Notes: generated from the letters alone by a model not told the origin. 64,000 bases of DNA from Octopus vulgaris (GCA_951406725.2 OX597820.1:36456001-36520000); one strand, 5' to 3'; shown: positions 51,233 to 62,922, counted from the first letter of the stretch. Made by a program: numbers and translations.

Positions 51233-52403
51233 ATCATCATCATCATCATCATCATCATTTAGCGTCCGTTTTCCATGCTAGCATGGGTTGGACGGTTCAA
51301 CTGGGGTCTGGGGAGCCCGAAGGCTGCACCAGGCCAGTCAGATCTGGCAGTGTTTCTACAGCTGGATGCCCTTCCTAACGCCAACCACTCCGAGAGTGTA
51401 GTGGGTGATTTTATGTGCCACCGACACAGGTGCCAGACGAGGCTGGCGAACGGCCACGCTCGGATGGTGTTTTTATGTGCCACCGACACAGGTGCCAGAC
51501 GAGGCTGGCAGACGGCCACGCTCGGATGGTGTTTTTATGTGCCACCGACACAGGTGCCAGATGAGGCTGGCGGACGGCCACGATCGGATGGTGTTTGTTA
51601 CGTCCCCAAAGCACGGAGGCCAGTCTATGCGGTACTGGCTACGGCCACGTTCGGATGATTTTCTTGTGTGCCACCGGCACTGGTACCACAAAGATACAAA
51701 TTCCATTGATGTTCATCTATTTTGATTTGTTTTGATTTGATTTGATTTGATTTTCACTTGCCTCAACAGGTCTTCACAAGTGTCACAAGAAGGAAGGTAT
51801 GCACAGGTGGACTGACTACGTCCCAGGTAGGGGCCACGGGTTATGGCCTGACTAGTCTTGCCGGGTCTTCGGATGGTGTTTTTATGTGCCACCGACACAG
51901 GTGCCAGATGAGGCTGGCGAACGGCCACGATCGGATGGTGTTTGTTGCGTGCCCACAGCACGGAGGCCAGTCGATGCGGTACTGGCTACGGCCACGTTCG
52001 GATGGTTTTCTTGTGTGCCACCGGCACTGGTACCACAAGATACAAATTCCATTGATGTTCATCTATTTTGATTTGATTTGATTTGATTTTCACTTGCCTC
52101 AACAGCACTTGCCTCAACAGGTCTTCACAGGTCTTCACAAGTGTCACAAGAAGGAAGGAAGGTATGCACAGGTGGACTGACTACGTCCCAAGTAGGGGCC
52201 ATGGGTTATGGCCTGACTAGTCTTGCCGGGTCTTCGGTTGGTGTTTTTATGTGCCACCGACACAGGTGCTAGATGAGGCTGGCGGACGGCCACGATCGGA
52301 TGGTGTTTGTTATGTGCCTACATCACAGAGGCCAGTCGATGCGGTACTGGCTACGGCCACGTTCGGATGGTTTTCTTGTGTGCCACCGGTACTGGTACCA
52401 CAA
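51233..52403 (-). mobile_element. Young RTE-type LINE 3' end with (GAT)n tail and reiterated 3'UTR
   Basis: (CAT)n at 51234-51258; 62-bp repeat x3 (51411, 51473, 51535); 347/365-bp higher-order repeat (51535, 51882, 52247); CpG-rich. Confidence 0.9.
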
Positions 52404-52749
52404 GTTAGACCCAGGAAGACACAGGATGAGGTGGTGAAGCATGGTCTTCGAATGTTGAGCCTCATAATGACCCGTGATGGAGGCCTTTGGCAACATGCTG
52501 TGCTTGAGAAAACTCACTAAGTCAAGTGAAAACATAGTCATGGCTAAAGCTAGTGTCATATAAATGACACCCATACCAGTGGTACATAAAAAATAACCAT
52601 TGCACTTTCATAGTGGTTAGCATTAGGAAGGGCATCCAGCTATAGAAACCAAGCCAGATGAGACTGGAACCTGGTGCAGCTCTCCAGCTTACGAGTATCA
52701 GTCAAATTATCTAACCCATGGAAAGCGAACATTAAATGATGATGATGAT
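52404..52749 (+). mobile_element. Older RTE-type LINE 3' end
   Basis: RPRKTQDEVVKHGLRMLSL...LWQHAVLEKTH*, then the aggaagggcatccagc..taaatgatgatgat tail. Confidence 0.85.
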
Positions 52750-53023
52750 ATATATTATATATGCTTTCAATTTGATGAAGCTGCATACCTGGATTAAGTG
52801 TCAGTCAAAGATGGAGATTTGGCACCTAAAATATTTTCAATCACTCATTCCGCTCTTCTAGTGGACAATATTTATAAAGGCAACATAAAATTAAATTGCT
52901 GGATTACTGATTATATTAACAGTTAAAAAACTGCCACAGCTAGATGGCTGTGCTTTTTTAGGCAAGAGGTAGTACTCTATATGTTATGTAAGTACTTGTT
53001 TGATATATACACACATGATTATA

Positions 53024-53241
53024 TAGAAGGGCATGCTGAAAAGTTCCTGGCTTTGGGTAAAAGAAAATGCAGGAAGAACAGTTAATTATGATTTTATTCC
53101 ACATATTCCCCTTTCAGATTCACACTTATTGCAGCAGTCCTTCAGTTTTCCTAAGTCCTGTAAAGGAACTCAGAAGGTAGGGCCTCCAACCAGGCCTTTT
53201 GCAATACCCTTAAAGCAAGGAACTTTTCAACACCCACCTCA
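53024..53241. mobile_element. Tc1/mariner-type MITE
   Basis: TIRs ..gctgaaaagttcctggcttt / aaagcaaggaacttttcaac..cctca, TA-flanked. Confidence 0.8.
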
Positions 53242-53560
53242 TACATGTACAAGCACACACACACGGGAGGAGTCTGTATATTTACTTATTCAAAGTTCAC
53301 ATAGTATATTGTAGCTCTAATAATTAGTGTCGGGCCATCATTCTTGTATTGCTGTATAAATGAGTTTATGTCTTAAGTATATAGTTAATCACATTTTAAT
53401 AAGTATTTTTCAATTACTGTCATTGACAATTTGGCAAAATACATCTTAATGAATCCTGATGAAATGTTCAACAATGGTAAAATTCCTCATCAGATTCTCA
53501 AACTAAGCTCCTGAGAAAGGTCCTTGTGGGCCTAATTTCATAAAACACACTATCTATCTA

Positions 53561-53594
<34 letters not shown>

Positions 53595-53622
53595 AGAAAA
53601 AAGCAACAAAAATGGATCAATA

Positions 53623-53712
53623 TTTCGGTACAATTGTTTCGTACGAAGACCACCTTTATTAAGGCTGCAAATATTGCAGCAAATACACGTGACCCGTACT
53701 CATCTGCCGAAA
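53623..53712 (-). ncRNA. Second copy of the hammerhead ribozyme on the opposite strand, core variant CAGAUGA (U4A)
   Basis: Reverse complement of the left fold-back arm. Matches 53829-53918 except for CAGATGA in the core and one helix II change. Confidence 0.7.
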
Positions 53713-53828
53713 AAACATCTGAGTTTTCAAAACATGTTTTTATAGATAGTTCTATAAAAATAGAACTATCCCTGATGTTTCAGGAGTGTAGCCTCACCCC
53801 CTTAGATGTTTTGAGAACTCAGATGTTT

Positions 53829-53918
53829 TTTCGGCTGATGAGTACGGGTCACGTGTATTTGCTGCAATATTCGCAGCCTTAATAAAGGTGGTCTTCGTAC
53901 GAAACAATTGTACCGAAA
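53829..53918 (+). ncRNA. Type I hammerhead ribozyme with intact core, extended helix II and palindromic helix III
   Basis: Helix I tttcgg/ccgaaa; CTGATGA at 53835-53841; helix II gtacg..cgtac (59 nt in total, with further pairing ggtcac/gtggtc and gctgc/gcagc); GAAA at 53901-53904; ACAATTGT; GUA triplet, predicted cut after 53912. Confidence 0.85.
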
Positions 53919-54059
53919 TATTGATCCATTTTTGTTGCTTTTTTCTTGTTTATAATCACCCCGCATTATCTTATGGTTAATACCATATAGATTTCTGGTG
54001 CATCTAAGTTAAGTACCGCATTCATGTGAATTCAACAGAACTCACTTGAATCTTAATTG

Positions 54060-54141
<82 letters not shown>

Positions 54142-54360
54142 GCACACACACACACATTCATGTGTGTATATATATAACACTCCCTTCTTAAACAGTAACA
54201 TAAACTGATTCCAGTACGAGAATAACGATGACATGCACACAAAAAAAAGTGTAAAGGATTTAAGCAGTATTCTATTGCTTCCTTTACAAATTCTAGACTT
54301 TTTGATATCTGTATATAAATAGAAAGATACCACCAATACTTCTAATTTTTCTGGGCGTGC

Positions 54361-54401
<41 letters not shown>

Positions 54402-55532
54402 AACACCAGACAAGAGAATAAAGCAAGAAATTATTTAATAACATTTTTACATGTTTCTATGACAATTACGTGATAATTACATAATTCTACATAATCCACA
54501 GTACAAGCCATGTATGTTAATACGCACTTTATAAACATATTGTGCGTACAGGTGTGCATACTAGCAGGGTTAGATAGTTCTATAAATATTGATTAAAGAT
54601 TTTCTCAAATGAAAATGCTTTTAACTTGTTATCCATTATTATTTTCAAAGTTAGGAGAAACAATAGCTCTCAAGTTAAGTTAGCTATGAGTTCAAACCAT
54701 ACTTCAACCACTGAATTGTGACCTTGAGTAAAGCTCTTTACTATGTTGCCTCAGTATGCCTAACTGTTAAGAGGTTCCAACTGAATGGTTAGTAATGAAA
54801 ATGGCATCCAGCTGTAAAGGTAAAAAATAAAAAATAAAACAACTTCACCAATAAAAACCATCCTGTCCCACTTTGAATAAATGGTTGTAACACAACAAAA
54901 TAAGAATAGTTGAGTGGCTAATGAACAGTTTGTATATATTTAGCACAGCCTTAGCCTCTCCTCATTAGCCCTTTAAAAAAGATAAATAAATACAAAAACC
55001 AACAACAAAAGCAAACACCAATCCTAGTCAGATTTGGACACATGCACACACCTTTTGCACCTACTAACATTAAAAATATCTCTCAGAGAATAAACTGAAT
55101 GAAAGAAGAAATGCTGATGAAAGCCAGAGGCTATATGACGCAAAACTAGCTAACAGAAAACTCAGATCAATGGCAGCACTACAGGTAAAACCAGATGTTT
55201 GTTGGCACTGGGGATGGTTCAGCAGTAAATAACCAAGTAACTTTTTTTATATACATACATACACACACAGACACAGACACACAGACACACTCTATAAGCA
55301 TTGTAGTGTAGGAAGTTTTCCCAGCAGACTAAGTCTTACATTTCCTTCCCTATTACTAATCACAAATGGTCAAACAACTAATTATTAATAGCACTAGTAT
55401 AAGATATAAATATAAACACACACAGACATATGTATATATATATACATCCTCAGTAAATAATAAATCCTAAAGAGAAGAACACTAAGTTATAGAGCAATAG
55501 AGCTTTATAAATGCAAAATCTTAACTGGCCAT

Positions 55533-55596
55533 TAGGGTCTGATGAGATATATGTAAAGCCAAGCGCTTTATGAACATGAAACCCTGGGTAACCCTA
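55533..55596 (+). ncRNA. Type I hammerhead ribozyme motif with intact core and partly decayed helix II
   Basis: tagggt-CTGATGA-g..(taaagc/gcttta hairpin)..t-GAAA-CCCTGGG-TA-acccta: perfect 6-bp helix I, quasi-palindromic helix III, GUA triplet. Confidence 0.7.
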
Positions 55597-55626
55597 CAAA
55601 CCAACCATAACTATCTTTCTCTAAAA

Positions 55627-55666
<40 letters not shown>

Positions 55667-56539
55667 TTATTTATACACACATACCACTGTTTTATGTCTA
55701 CTGTCTTCTCATTTCCCTCATGCCAACATGAACTTGTTCAGACCAGGGTCTCACATATGAACTTTTAGAGCTTCATACCCATCCCCTCACCAATTACTTT
55801 ACAGCTAAGATTTGATGGAGTTTACTGTTACTGGCAGTAAGGCTAAAGAGTTCCGTCTACTCTATATGACACATCTTTGAATAATGTCATTTCACACTAT
55901 GTAACAGTTTTGAAAACGTTCTTTTTTTTTTTTGCTTAGTTACATTTAACACTACCATTACACAAAAATATTACCTCAATAATGTAAATAGTAAGAGAAG
56001 TGAGAGTTCCAAAAGCATAACTGCCAAAGTAAGACCAGAATTTCTCTTTCAAAGTGAGGGCAGATTATATAATTCTTGTGTATGGAGTATCATGGTAGGA
56101 TATGGAACTTAATGTGCAATAATTGTGATAGCTAGAAATAAATTAGGGTGAACAAGCTATGGAGGATGTGTAATGCTAGTGTGTGTGAATAAGAATTCAA
56201 AGGAGCCGAGAGGAAAACTGGATATAAATAGAGCCAGATATAGTGAGGACAGAATCTACGGAAAAGGGAAACTAAAGAGGACATGAAAACAAAATGGTAA
56301 AGACTTATTTCAAAAGCTGGACTTCACAAAGGAGTTGAAGGTCCTGCAGCAAGTGGTGAAATATGATAAAGAAAACCTATCCAGCAGATGTAGCAAAGAA
56401 AAATGGAAAAATAGGATTGCTCCCACACATTACGCATAGTTACATGTTACCCCTTGGCAAAGCATAGCATCAATTCAGCCATCCTGTCAGGAATACAGCA
56501 AAGTCATGAGACTGTAGCATGACGGATTATGAATAAATA

Positions 56540-56786
56540 GAAAAATATAAGAATAGTGAACTTGCCATGAAGAGTGGAAAATCCAAGATTTTGGAGAGAG
56601 CCCTTCAGTGAAAAGTTGAAAGATGAGAAATAAATGAGAAGCAGCAGAGTTTTACATCCTCGAAGTTAAAAAAAACAAAACATTATGTGTTATTTATTTC
56701 TCTCCTTTCAACTTTTCACTGAAGAAGCACACTGTCCAAAATATTGGATTTTCCACTCCTTGTGGCAAATCTATTGTACTCTTTTC
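56540..56786. repeat. Inverted repeat, about 95-bp arms
   Basis: gagtggaaaatccaag..cttcagtgaaaagttgaaag..gagaaataaat / atttatttctc..ctttcaacttttcactgaag..ttggattttccactc. Confidence 0.9.
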
Positions 56787-56849
56787 ATTGATTTTACTAC
56801 ATAAGTCTAGTCAATACAGACTAACACCAGCCTCTTTGAAGTTTTTGAT

Positions 56850-57905
56850 TATATATGTATACCAGCAGGCTCTTGCTTTAGGGAAGTTCAGTGAAAGCAA
56901 TGCTATTGCTGTGGACATCAGCAAAGACCTCAAATGTCTCTGGTATGCAAATCTCCTTTCAAAACTTCTATCCATCTCTGATTTCTTGGATCAGTAGCAT
57001 CCTCTCAGATTGCACTACTGCAACACATGCTGACAAAGCTCTTTCTGTCCCATTTTCAATCAACTCTGGTACTCCCTAGGGCTCACACCCCACTCTCTTT
57101 TTTTCTACATCAAAGACCTATTTGTCACCACATGAAAAAACACCCACTCTTAAGCAGATGACACAATCCTTCATTCCTCTCTCTAACTTTCCCCAACTAT
57201 GCATCATCCATATACAGCTTAGATGCCACACACCAAACCTACATTGACTCTATAAAAGGACCTTGCAAGCATCCTTCATTGGAACCATGCCAACCATGTC
57301 TCTTTTTTAACAGCATTAAAGAAAAAACTTCAAGTGCCACTCATATCAACACTGTATCCCTTGCCAAACACGTGTCTCATTCAGTTAAAGCCCTCCAGTC
57401 ACTCTAAATGCAGGACCATACTTACTACCATCAAGGAACACTTCTGGAAAAAGTACATCCTTAACATAGCAAGCACTACATCCCAAAAACTGGCTTTTCT
57501 CTTCAGGGCCAGAAAATATCTTAGCCTCTAACAGCTGCTGACACTCCACAAAACTCAAGTGAGCTCCACGAGAGAATACCACATCTGGGATGGGATACTG
57601 CTACCATTTAGCATTTTGCCACAAATAAAGATACTTCAGCCACTGGCCCACAGGCAAACCGTGACCTATCACTGTCTTTTCTATCAGTATTATGATGGCT
57701 GCTGTTCCTCTGGCTAGTCATACCGCCAACTCAATTGTCCTTCTAATCTCTCATCACTCTTGGTGTGCCTAAGTTCCTTGCCCTCAATCTAACCATTATT
57801 CCCAGTCCTTTCAGCCCCTGGAATCTCCTCCCTGTTCATATCTTTCTTGGAGGTGTTTAACTGTAATAGTTTAAATGAAACATTAATGGCATCAAGCCTA
57901 TTGCT
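56850..57905 (+). mobile_element. CR1/L2-group LINE reverse-transcriptase relic (same family as 25900)
   Basis: AIAVDISKDLKCLWYANLLSKL; INSGTP*GS; *ADDTILHS; ASTTSQKLAFLFRARKY. Confidence 0.8.
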
Positions 57906-57974
57906 CTTGGAGAGCCTGTGAAGATCATTGGCACTGCTCCTTCCTTCAATTTCAGCAAATGAAAGAGAAACTAT

Positions 57975-58376
57975 ATCGTCATTTAACATCTTTTCCATGT
58001 TTGCATGGGTCAGATGGCATTTGTTAACGTAGATTTTTAATGGTTGGATGCCCTTCCTGTTGCTAATCCTCACCTGCTTCCAAGCAATGTAATATTTCCC
58101 ATTGCCAGCCATGTTTTGTTGGAAGATTGGAAACAAACAGCCCTTGTATGATGGTGATGCTCGTTTACAGCCATTATCCGATGTCAAGATAAGGGTACAC
58201 ACAAACACACATGTACATATATAGACAAGCTTCTTACAGCTTCTGTCTACCAAAGCCACTAAGGATTTTGTCAGCCTAGGACTATAGCAGAATAGAAGAC
58301 ACTTGGCCAAAGTGCTGCACAGTGGGACTGACTCAAAGACCACATTGTTGAGAAGCAAGCTTCTTAACACAGCCAC
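57975..58376 (-). mobile_element. CORE-type SINE variant with RTE-like tail
   Basis: Reverse complement of the 15482 architecture; further copies at 59870-60245 (-) and 62795-63205 (+). Confidence 0.75.
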
Positions 58377-58869
58377 ATGTTGTTGTTGTGTGTTTGTGTG
58401 TGTGTAAAAATGTGAATTTATTATAATCAGTTTTGTGATTAATTGATGGAAGGAATAAAGTAAACGTTACTCAAAATAACATCTGGTGCCATCTAAACTT
58501 AGAAGAGAGATCAATAGATCAATATAATGTAAAGCACAACATAGCCATGTAGGTCAAATTTCTGAAAAAGTTTAATACTCCAGCAATGTTTTCAAGCCTG
58601 TCTGTTGTGATAAAAAGCAATAATAACTTTGTTGTTGCTGTTGCTTTTTTCTTCCAGGGAATAGATAAGGGGGTTTAATAAGTAGAAATTACAAAAATGG
58701 TGGGGTTTTTCACAGAGGCAATTATGAAAACAAAAAGACAAGAATGGAGAAAAAACAGTATACAAAAGAATGAAATGTGACCTCCTTATAGGGGGACAAA
58801 CGCTAAAATCAATCAAGGAACTCAATTCAAAATTATCCTCATACCCAAAAAAACATTCCCTCTTCCAGC

Positions 58870-59760
58870 TGTGTTCTCCTGCTTAGTGATGCATGCTTAG
58901 AGTAGGCCCAATTATGCTGGCTATTCACAGCACTCTCACACAACTAACTCTCCTTACCTTCCACTCTAAATGAAACCTCTTGACTGAGCAGAAAAATGCT
59001 GTCTTCAATCCTTTCAATGTTACCCACCATGCAAATTCTTTTGTTATAACTGCCAAACAATGGGAAATTGCCTGCTCTTCCTGGCTAAAAGAAGTCAGTA
59101 GGATGATCCTCACAATGAAGTCAAATGACATCCAGATCTGTCCTATGCGCAACAGGGCTGTTAACCAAAGCCCAGACATTGAATGACTGCATACAGAATA
59201 GTTTCATTATTCACTGTTCATTTTGAACAGGCTTGGCTAGCCACTAGTATTAGCATGTCTGAAAAGTAAATCTTGAACCAGCAAAACTTAAAAATAGCAC
59301 TGCAAGGTTAAGGATTTGGGGAAATTGACCCAGAGTTGAAAGTTCTCCAAAATAAACTGTTCATATAATTTTGTCAACAACCAAAATCTTCTCAAGAATG
59401 AAGTCAGTCTTGCTCCTACAGAATGTAATGTATGATATTTTAAAAGCTGCATTGCCTCAATAGTAGAGAAAGATAAGCATCTGACAACATTCCAGATCCC
59501 AGGCACCCAATGTTGGTCTTTACTTGACCAAAGACTTGACAAGCTGTAAGAATCATACCTCATACAGCAACCAAAGCTTACTTTCTAAAGATCCCAGTCA
59601 AATGTCAAAATGTTACAACTCCAGGGCATGTCTGCACATTTATCAGCTACAGTTTGTTTGAGATCTTTGTGCAGAGGGTGCTCAATCAAAGATGACTTTT
59701 GGCTAAATAATAACCATGCTTAATCCCAACTGCAGTTACCTCTCAGTAAAAGTAAATGAC
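58870..59760 (-). mobile_element. L1/Tx1-type LINE ORF2 C-terminal relic
   Basis: FPKSLTLQCY, ETILYAVIQC, CLAVITKEFAWWVTLKGLKT...FHLEWKVR. Homologous to the 16745-17340 relic. Confidence 0.6.
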
Positions 59761-60615
59761 TCCTTGGGGAACAGGAACCAGTGCATAACGATAAATAATG
59801 GACAACAAAGTGTGAAGCAAAATTTATATTGCAGTAAACACGGAGAATGTGGAAACTAAGCAAACAAGCATCATCCACTTTTCCATACTTACATGGATCA
59901 GATGAAATATATGGAAGATTTTTTTATATGGTTGGATGTCCTTCCTGTTGCCAACCTTCACTTGTTTCTGAGCAAGGTAATATTTCCCCATGACGAGAAA
60001 GTATTTTGCAGAAACAAAATAAATGACACTGCTTGAATGACAGTGATACTCATTTACAATTAATCACATGATGGCAAGACAAGGAGACACAGACACACAA
60101 GCTTCATTCAGTTACCATCAGCCAAATATACTCACACAGCTTTGGTTAGTCCAAGGTTATAAACAAAGACTCTTGCCCAAGGTGCCATGCAAGAGCGAAC
60201 CTGAAACCATGAAGTTAGGAAGCAAACTTTTCAACACAGCCATGTTGAAAATAATAAACAGCCAAAAGGAAGACAGAACTAGGAGAAGGCTAAATATTTA
60301 TCCTAAGTACTCAGCAAAGCAACCCATCATGAAGTAGATACTCAACTAATAAATCATCATACACTAAAGTTTATCCTATTTTACTAAGTACATGTAGTGG
60401 CAGAAGCAACACATAATTCTGCTTACACAGTCACAATTAGAACTACATTAATAACTAATACAACTACCTTTGTTGATTCAGAGTTACTTAAACATGTAAA
60501 TTGTAAGCTTTAGAATCTCTGAGACAATTTTTTAATGAGATCAATCTGTCAGTTTGTCAGGCATTCTGTTTGTCTAATTATTTTTCTATGATTTTCTTTG
60601 CTCTTTCTACTGCAG

Positions 60616-60642
60616 AAATTAGATGAAAATTTTGCAAAACAG
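60616..60642 (+). CDS. Candidate 27-nt micro-exon (KLDENFAKQ)
   Basis: Branch-like ctaat, long pyrimidine tract ttttctttgctctttctactgcAG, donor CAG|gtatgg, frame-preserving length. Support is splice signals only. Confidence 0.35.
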
Positions 60643-61454
60643 GTATGGGTTTTATGGATATGCAAATCTGGATATTTGCATTAATTGTTGAAGTAAATTT
60701 TAAAATGTTTTAAATGTTGGGAACTCTTCAACTAAAGATGTGCTAGACCAGAAGTTGAGAAGTGGCTGATCTTAACCTGTGGTAGGTTTATGTTGCTATT
60801 GTGCAAGTCAATAAACACTTGAAATGATCTTGAGCATTAAGGGAGCTGAATGAACCTGCAAAAGTACAGTGATTTAAGGCTAAAACCTACTACTTTCAAG
60901 TAAAATATTGAAGCAATAAATACTATTCACTAAACACATATTTCACATTATATATTCTAACTACGTCAATATCATATGATTGTATTTTTATTGTTCAAAT
61001 ATTATTAAAAAGCAATAATGACACAAAGAGATGATGGAATTTTTTAAATCAAGAAATTTTCTTAATAATTATATTTTAAAATTTTATCTGAAACATTTAC
61101 ATGACAGAAGGTCAATAAGTTTTCAACGAGGAAGAATAAGGGAGAATAATCCTCAGTCCAGAAGCCCAACTTCATAGCCTGCAACACTGTCGCCTATGCT
61201 GAAAGAACCCCATAGTACAGGTGGTGGTGTTGAACTCAAGAACAGCAGTCCCTCTGACAGATATCCATAGTTTCCATCTATCAAATTTCACTCACAACAT
61301 ACTGGACCACCCAACGCTATAGTAGAACATACTTGCCCACTTTCTGATTGAACCCACAACTAACTTCTCAACCACACAGCAATTCCTGCACCCAATAAGT
61401 GAAGAGCAAGTGGAATTTATCTTCAGCTATTGTCATTATATTTTGTATCTATTA

Positions 61455-61768
61455 TTTGCTTCAGTCATTAGACCACAGCCATGCTGGGGCACCACCTCGA
61501 AGAATTTTAGTCAAATGAATCAACCCCAGTATTCATTTTTTTTTTTTAAACTCTGATATTTATTCTATTGGCCAAATTGCTAAGTTATGGGAATGTAAAC
61601 ACACACACCAACACCAATTTTCAAGCGTGAGTCGGGGACAAACACAGACACAAACACACACATATAGATTGTTTGAAGTGGTGTACAGATTTTATATATT
61701 AAGACAAAGGATGTAGACAGAATTTTGGGTAATAATTTATTTAGTGCTTTCATCTCATTTTGAAGAAT

Positions 61769-61827
<59 letters not shown>

Positions 61828-61975
61828 ATGGGTTTCTTTCTACCAAATCCACTCACAAGGCTTTGGTTGGCCCAAATCTATAGAAGACACTTGTCCAAGG
61901 TGCCATGCAATGGAACTGAACCTAGAACCATATAGTTGGGAAGCAAACTTCTTACCACACAGCCATGCCTGCACC
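61455..61975 (-). mobile_element. tRNA-derived CORE-type SINE with an expanded internal microsatellite/insert
   Basis: Tail at 61455-61660, head at 61828-61975. Confidence 0.75.
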
Positions 61976-62887
61976 TATGGTACAGAGAGCAGTATTTCTT
62001 GTTTAAGGAGAACAATACAAGGTCTTGACTAAAGATGGACCAGTATCCTGTGAAAATATGAACCCTTATCATCTCAATGGTATTATAACACAGAAATCTA
62101 AAACTAATATTATATATTTGTGAAGAATCTATCTTCATGTAGTATATTTTCTTTTTGTCCAGTTTGTTATTAATTTTTGTAATACTAATTTCAAATCTAG
62201 CCATGGTCAACTTTATCTTTCATCCTTTCATGTTAGAGCACCAAACAGGATACTTTATATTATTTGTTCCAGCTCTCTGTATTCTGGTACCAATACCTGC
62301 AACAACACTAGTGTGAAGCAGTGTCAGCTTTGCCTTTCTTTCAAAACAAAAACATGTGACATAGAGAAGAGAGACTAACGAGCTTAGGTAACTGCTAGTG
62401 TTCCACAAAATCCTTGTCTAGGCTTGCACCTTGATACAGGTGCAGATATAGGGTCAAACCAGAGCAACAAAGGCCTTAGACATAATCAGTGTGTAGTATC
62501 TAAATACATCAATCATGCTAGAGTCACATATCAGCTCTAAGGAGGAGGGGAGGGGTATTCAAAATGTTGAGATATAAACAGAGATGACCAGGTCATCATG
62601 TCAGGTATAAGTAGGAAAAAAAATAATATAATGATTAGAAATGGCAATTAGCAAGATGCTACAAAATCATTAGTCTAAACACTAATCGTTGATCAATACT
62701 GAATCAAGGTAATAGACTGGCAAGAGTTGTTACTATGTTGGACAAAATGGTTTGTAGAGTTTAGTGTCAGCCCTTTGTTTTCAGTTGGAAGCCAGCTCAT
62801 GCTGTTGCTGTACGGTTAAGAAGATTAAGGTTCAGTCTGATTGCATGGTATTGATAGCAGGAAACTGGAAGAAACTCATTGTGCGTA

Positions 62888-62922
<35 letters not shown>

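Larger units (their letters stand above)
53592..53949. repeat. Long inverted repeat: 144-bp arms (53592-53735 / 53806-53949), 70-nt spacer; Penelope-like inverted pLTR structure
   Basis: Arms match at 141/144 by manual comparison. The unit 53592-54062 sits between two (TA)n tracts. Confidence 0.95.

Noticed and set aside
51259-52574. Cluster of 60-127 aa ORFs and a CRISPR-like periodic look
   Set aside because: Tandem RTE 3'UTR units without unique spacers; eukaryotic context with no cas genes.
53634-53882. 82-aa ORF across the fold-back
   Set aside because: Non-ATG start, no recognisable motif; explained by the inverted repeat.
55108-55160. CTGATGA...cAAAActag possible hammerhead
   Set aside because: No closing helix II, no NUH in register and no helix I. 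The similar CTGATGA hits at 47252 and 53456 fail likewise.
57789-58376. 195-aa minus ORF, the longest in the track
   Set aside because: Runs through a SINE and into the antisense strand of a LINE relic; chance read-through.
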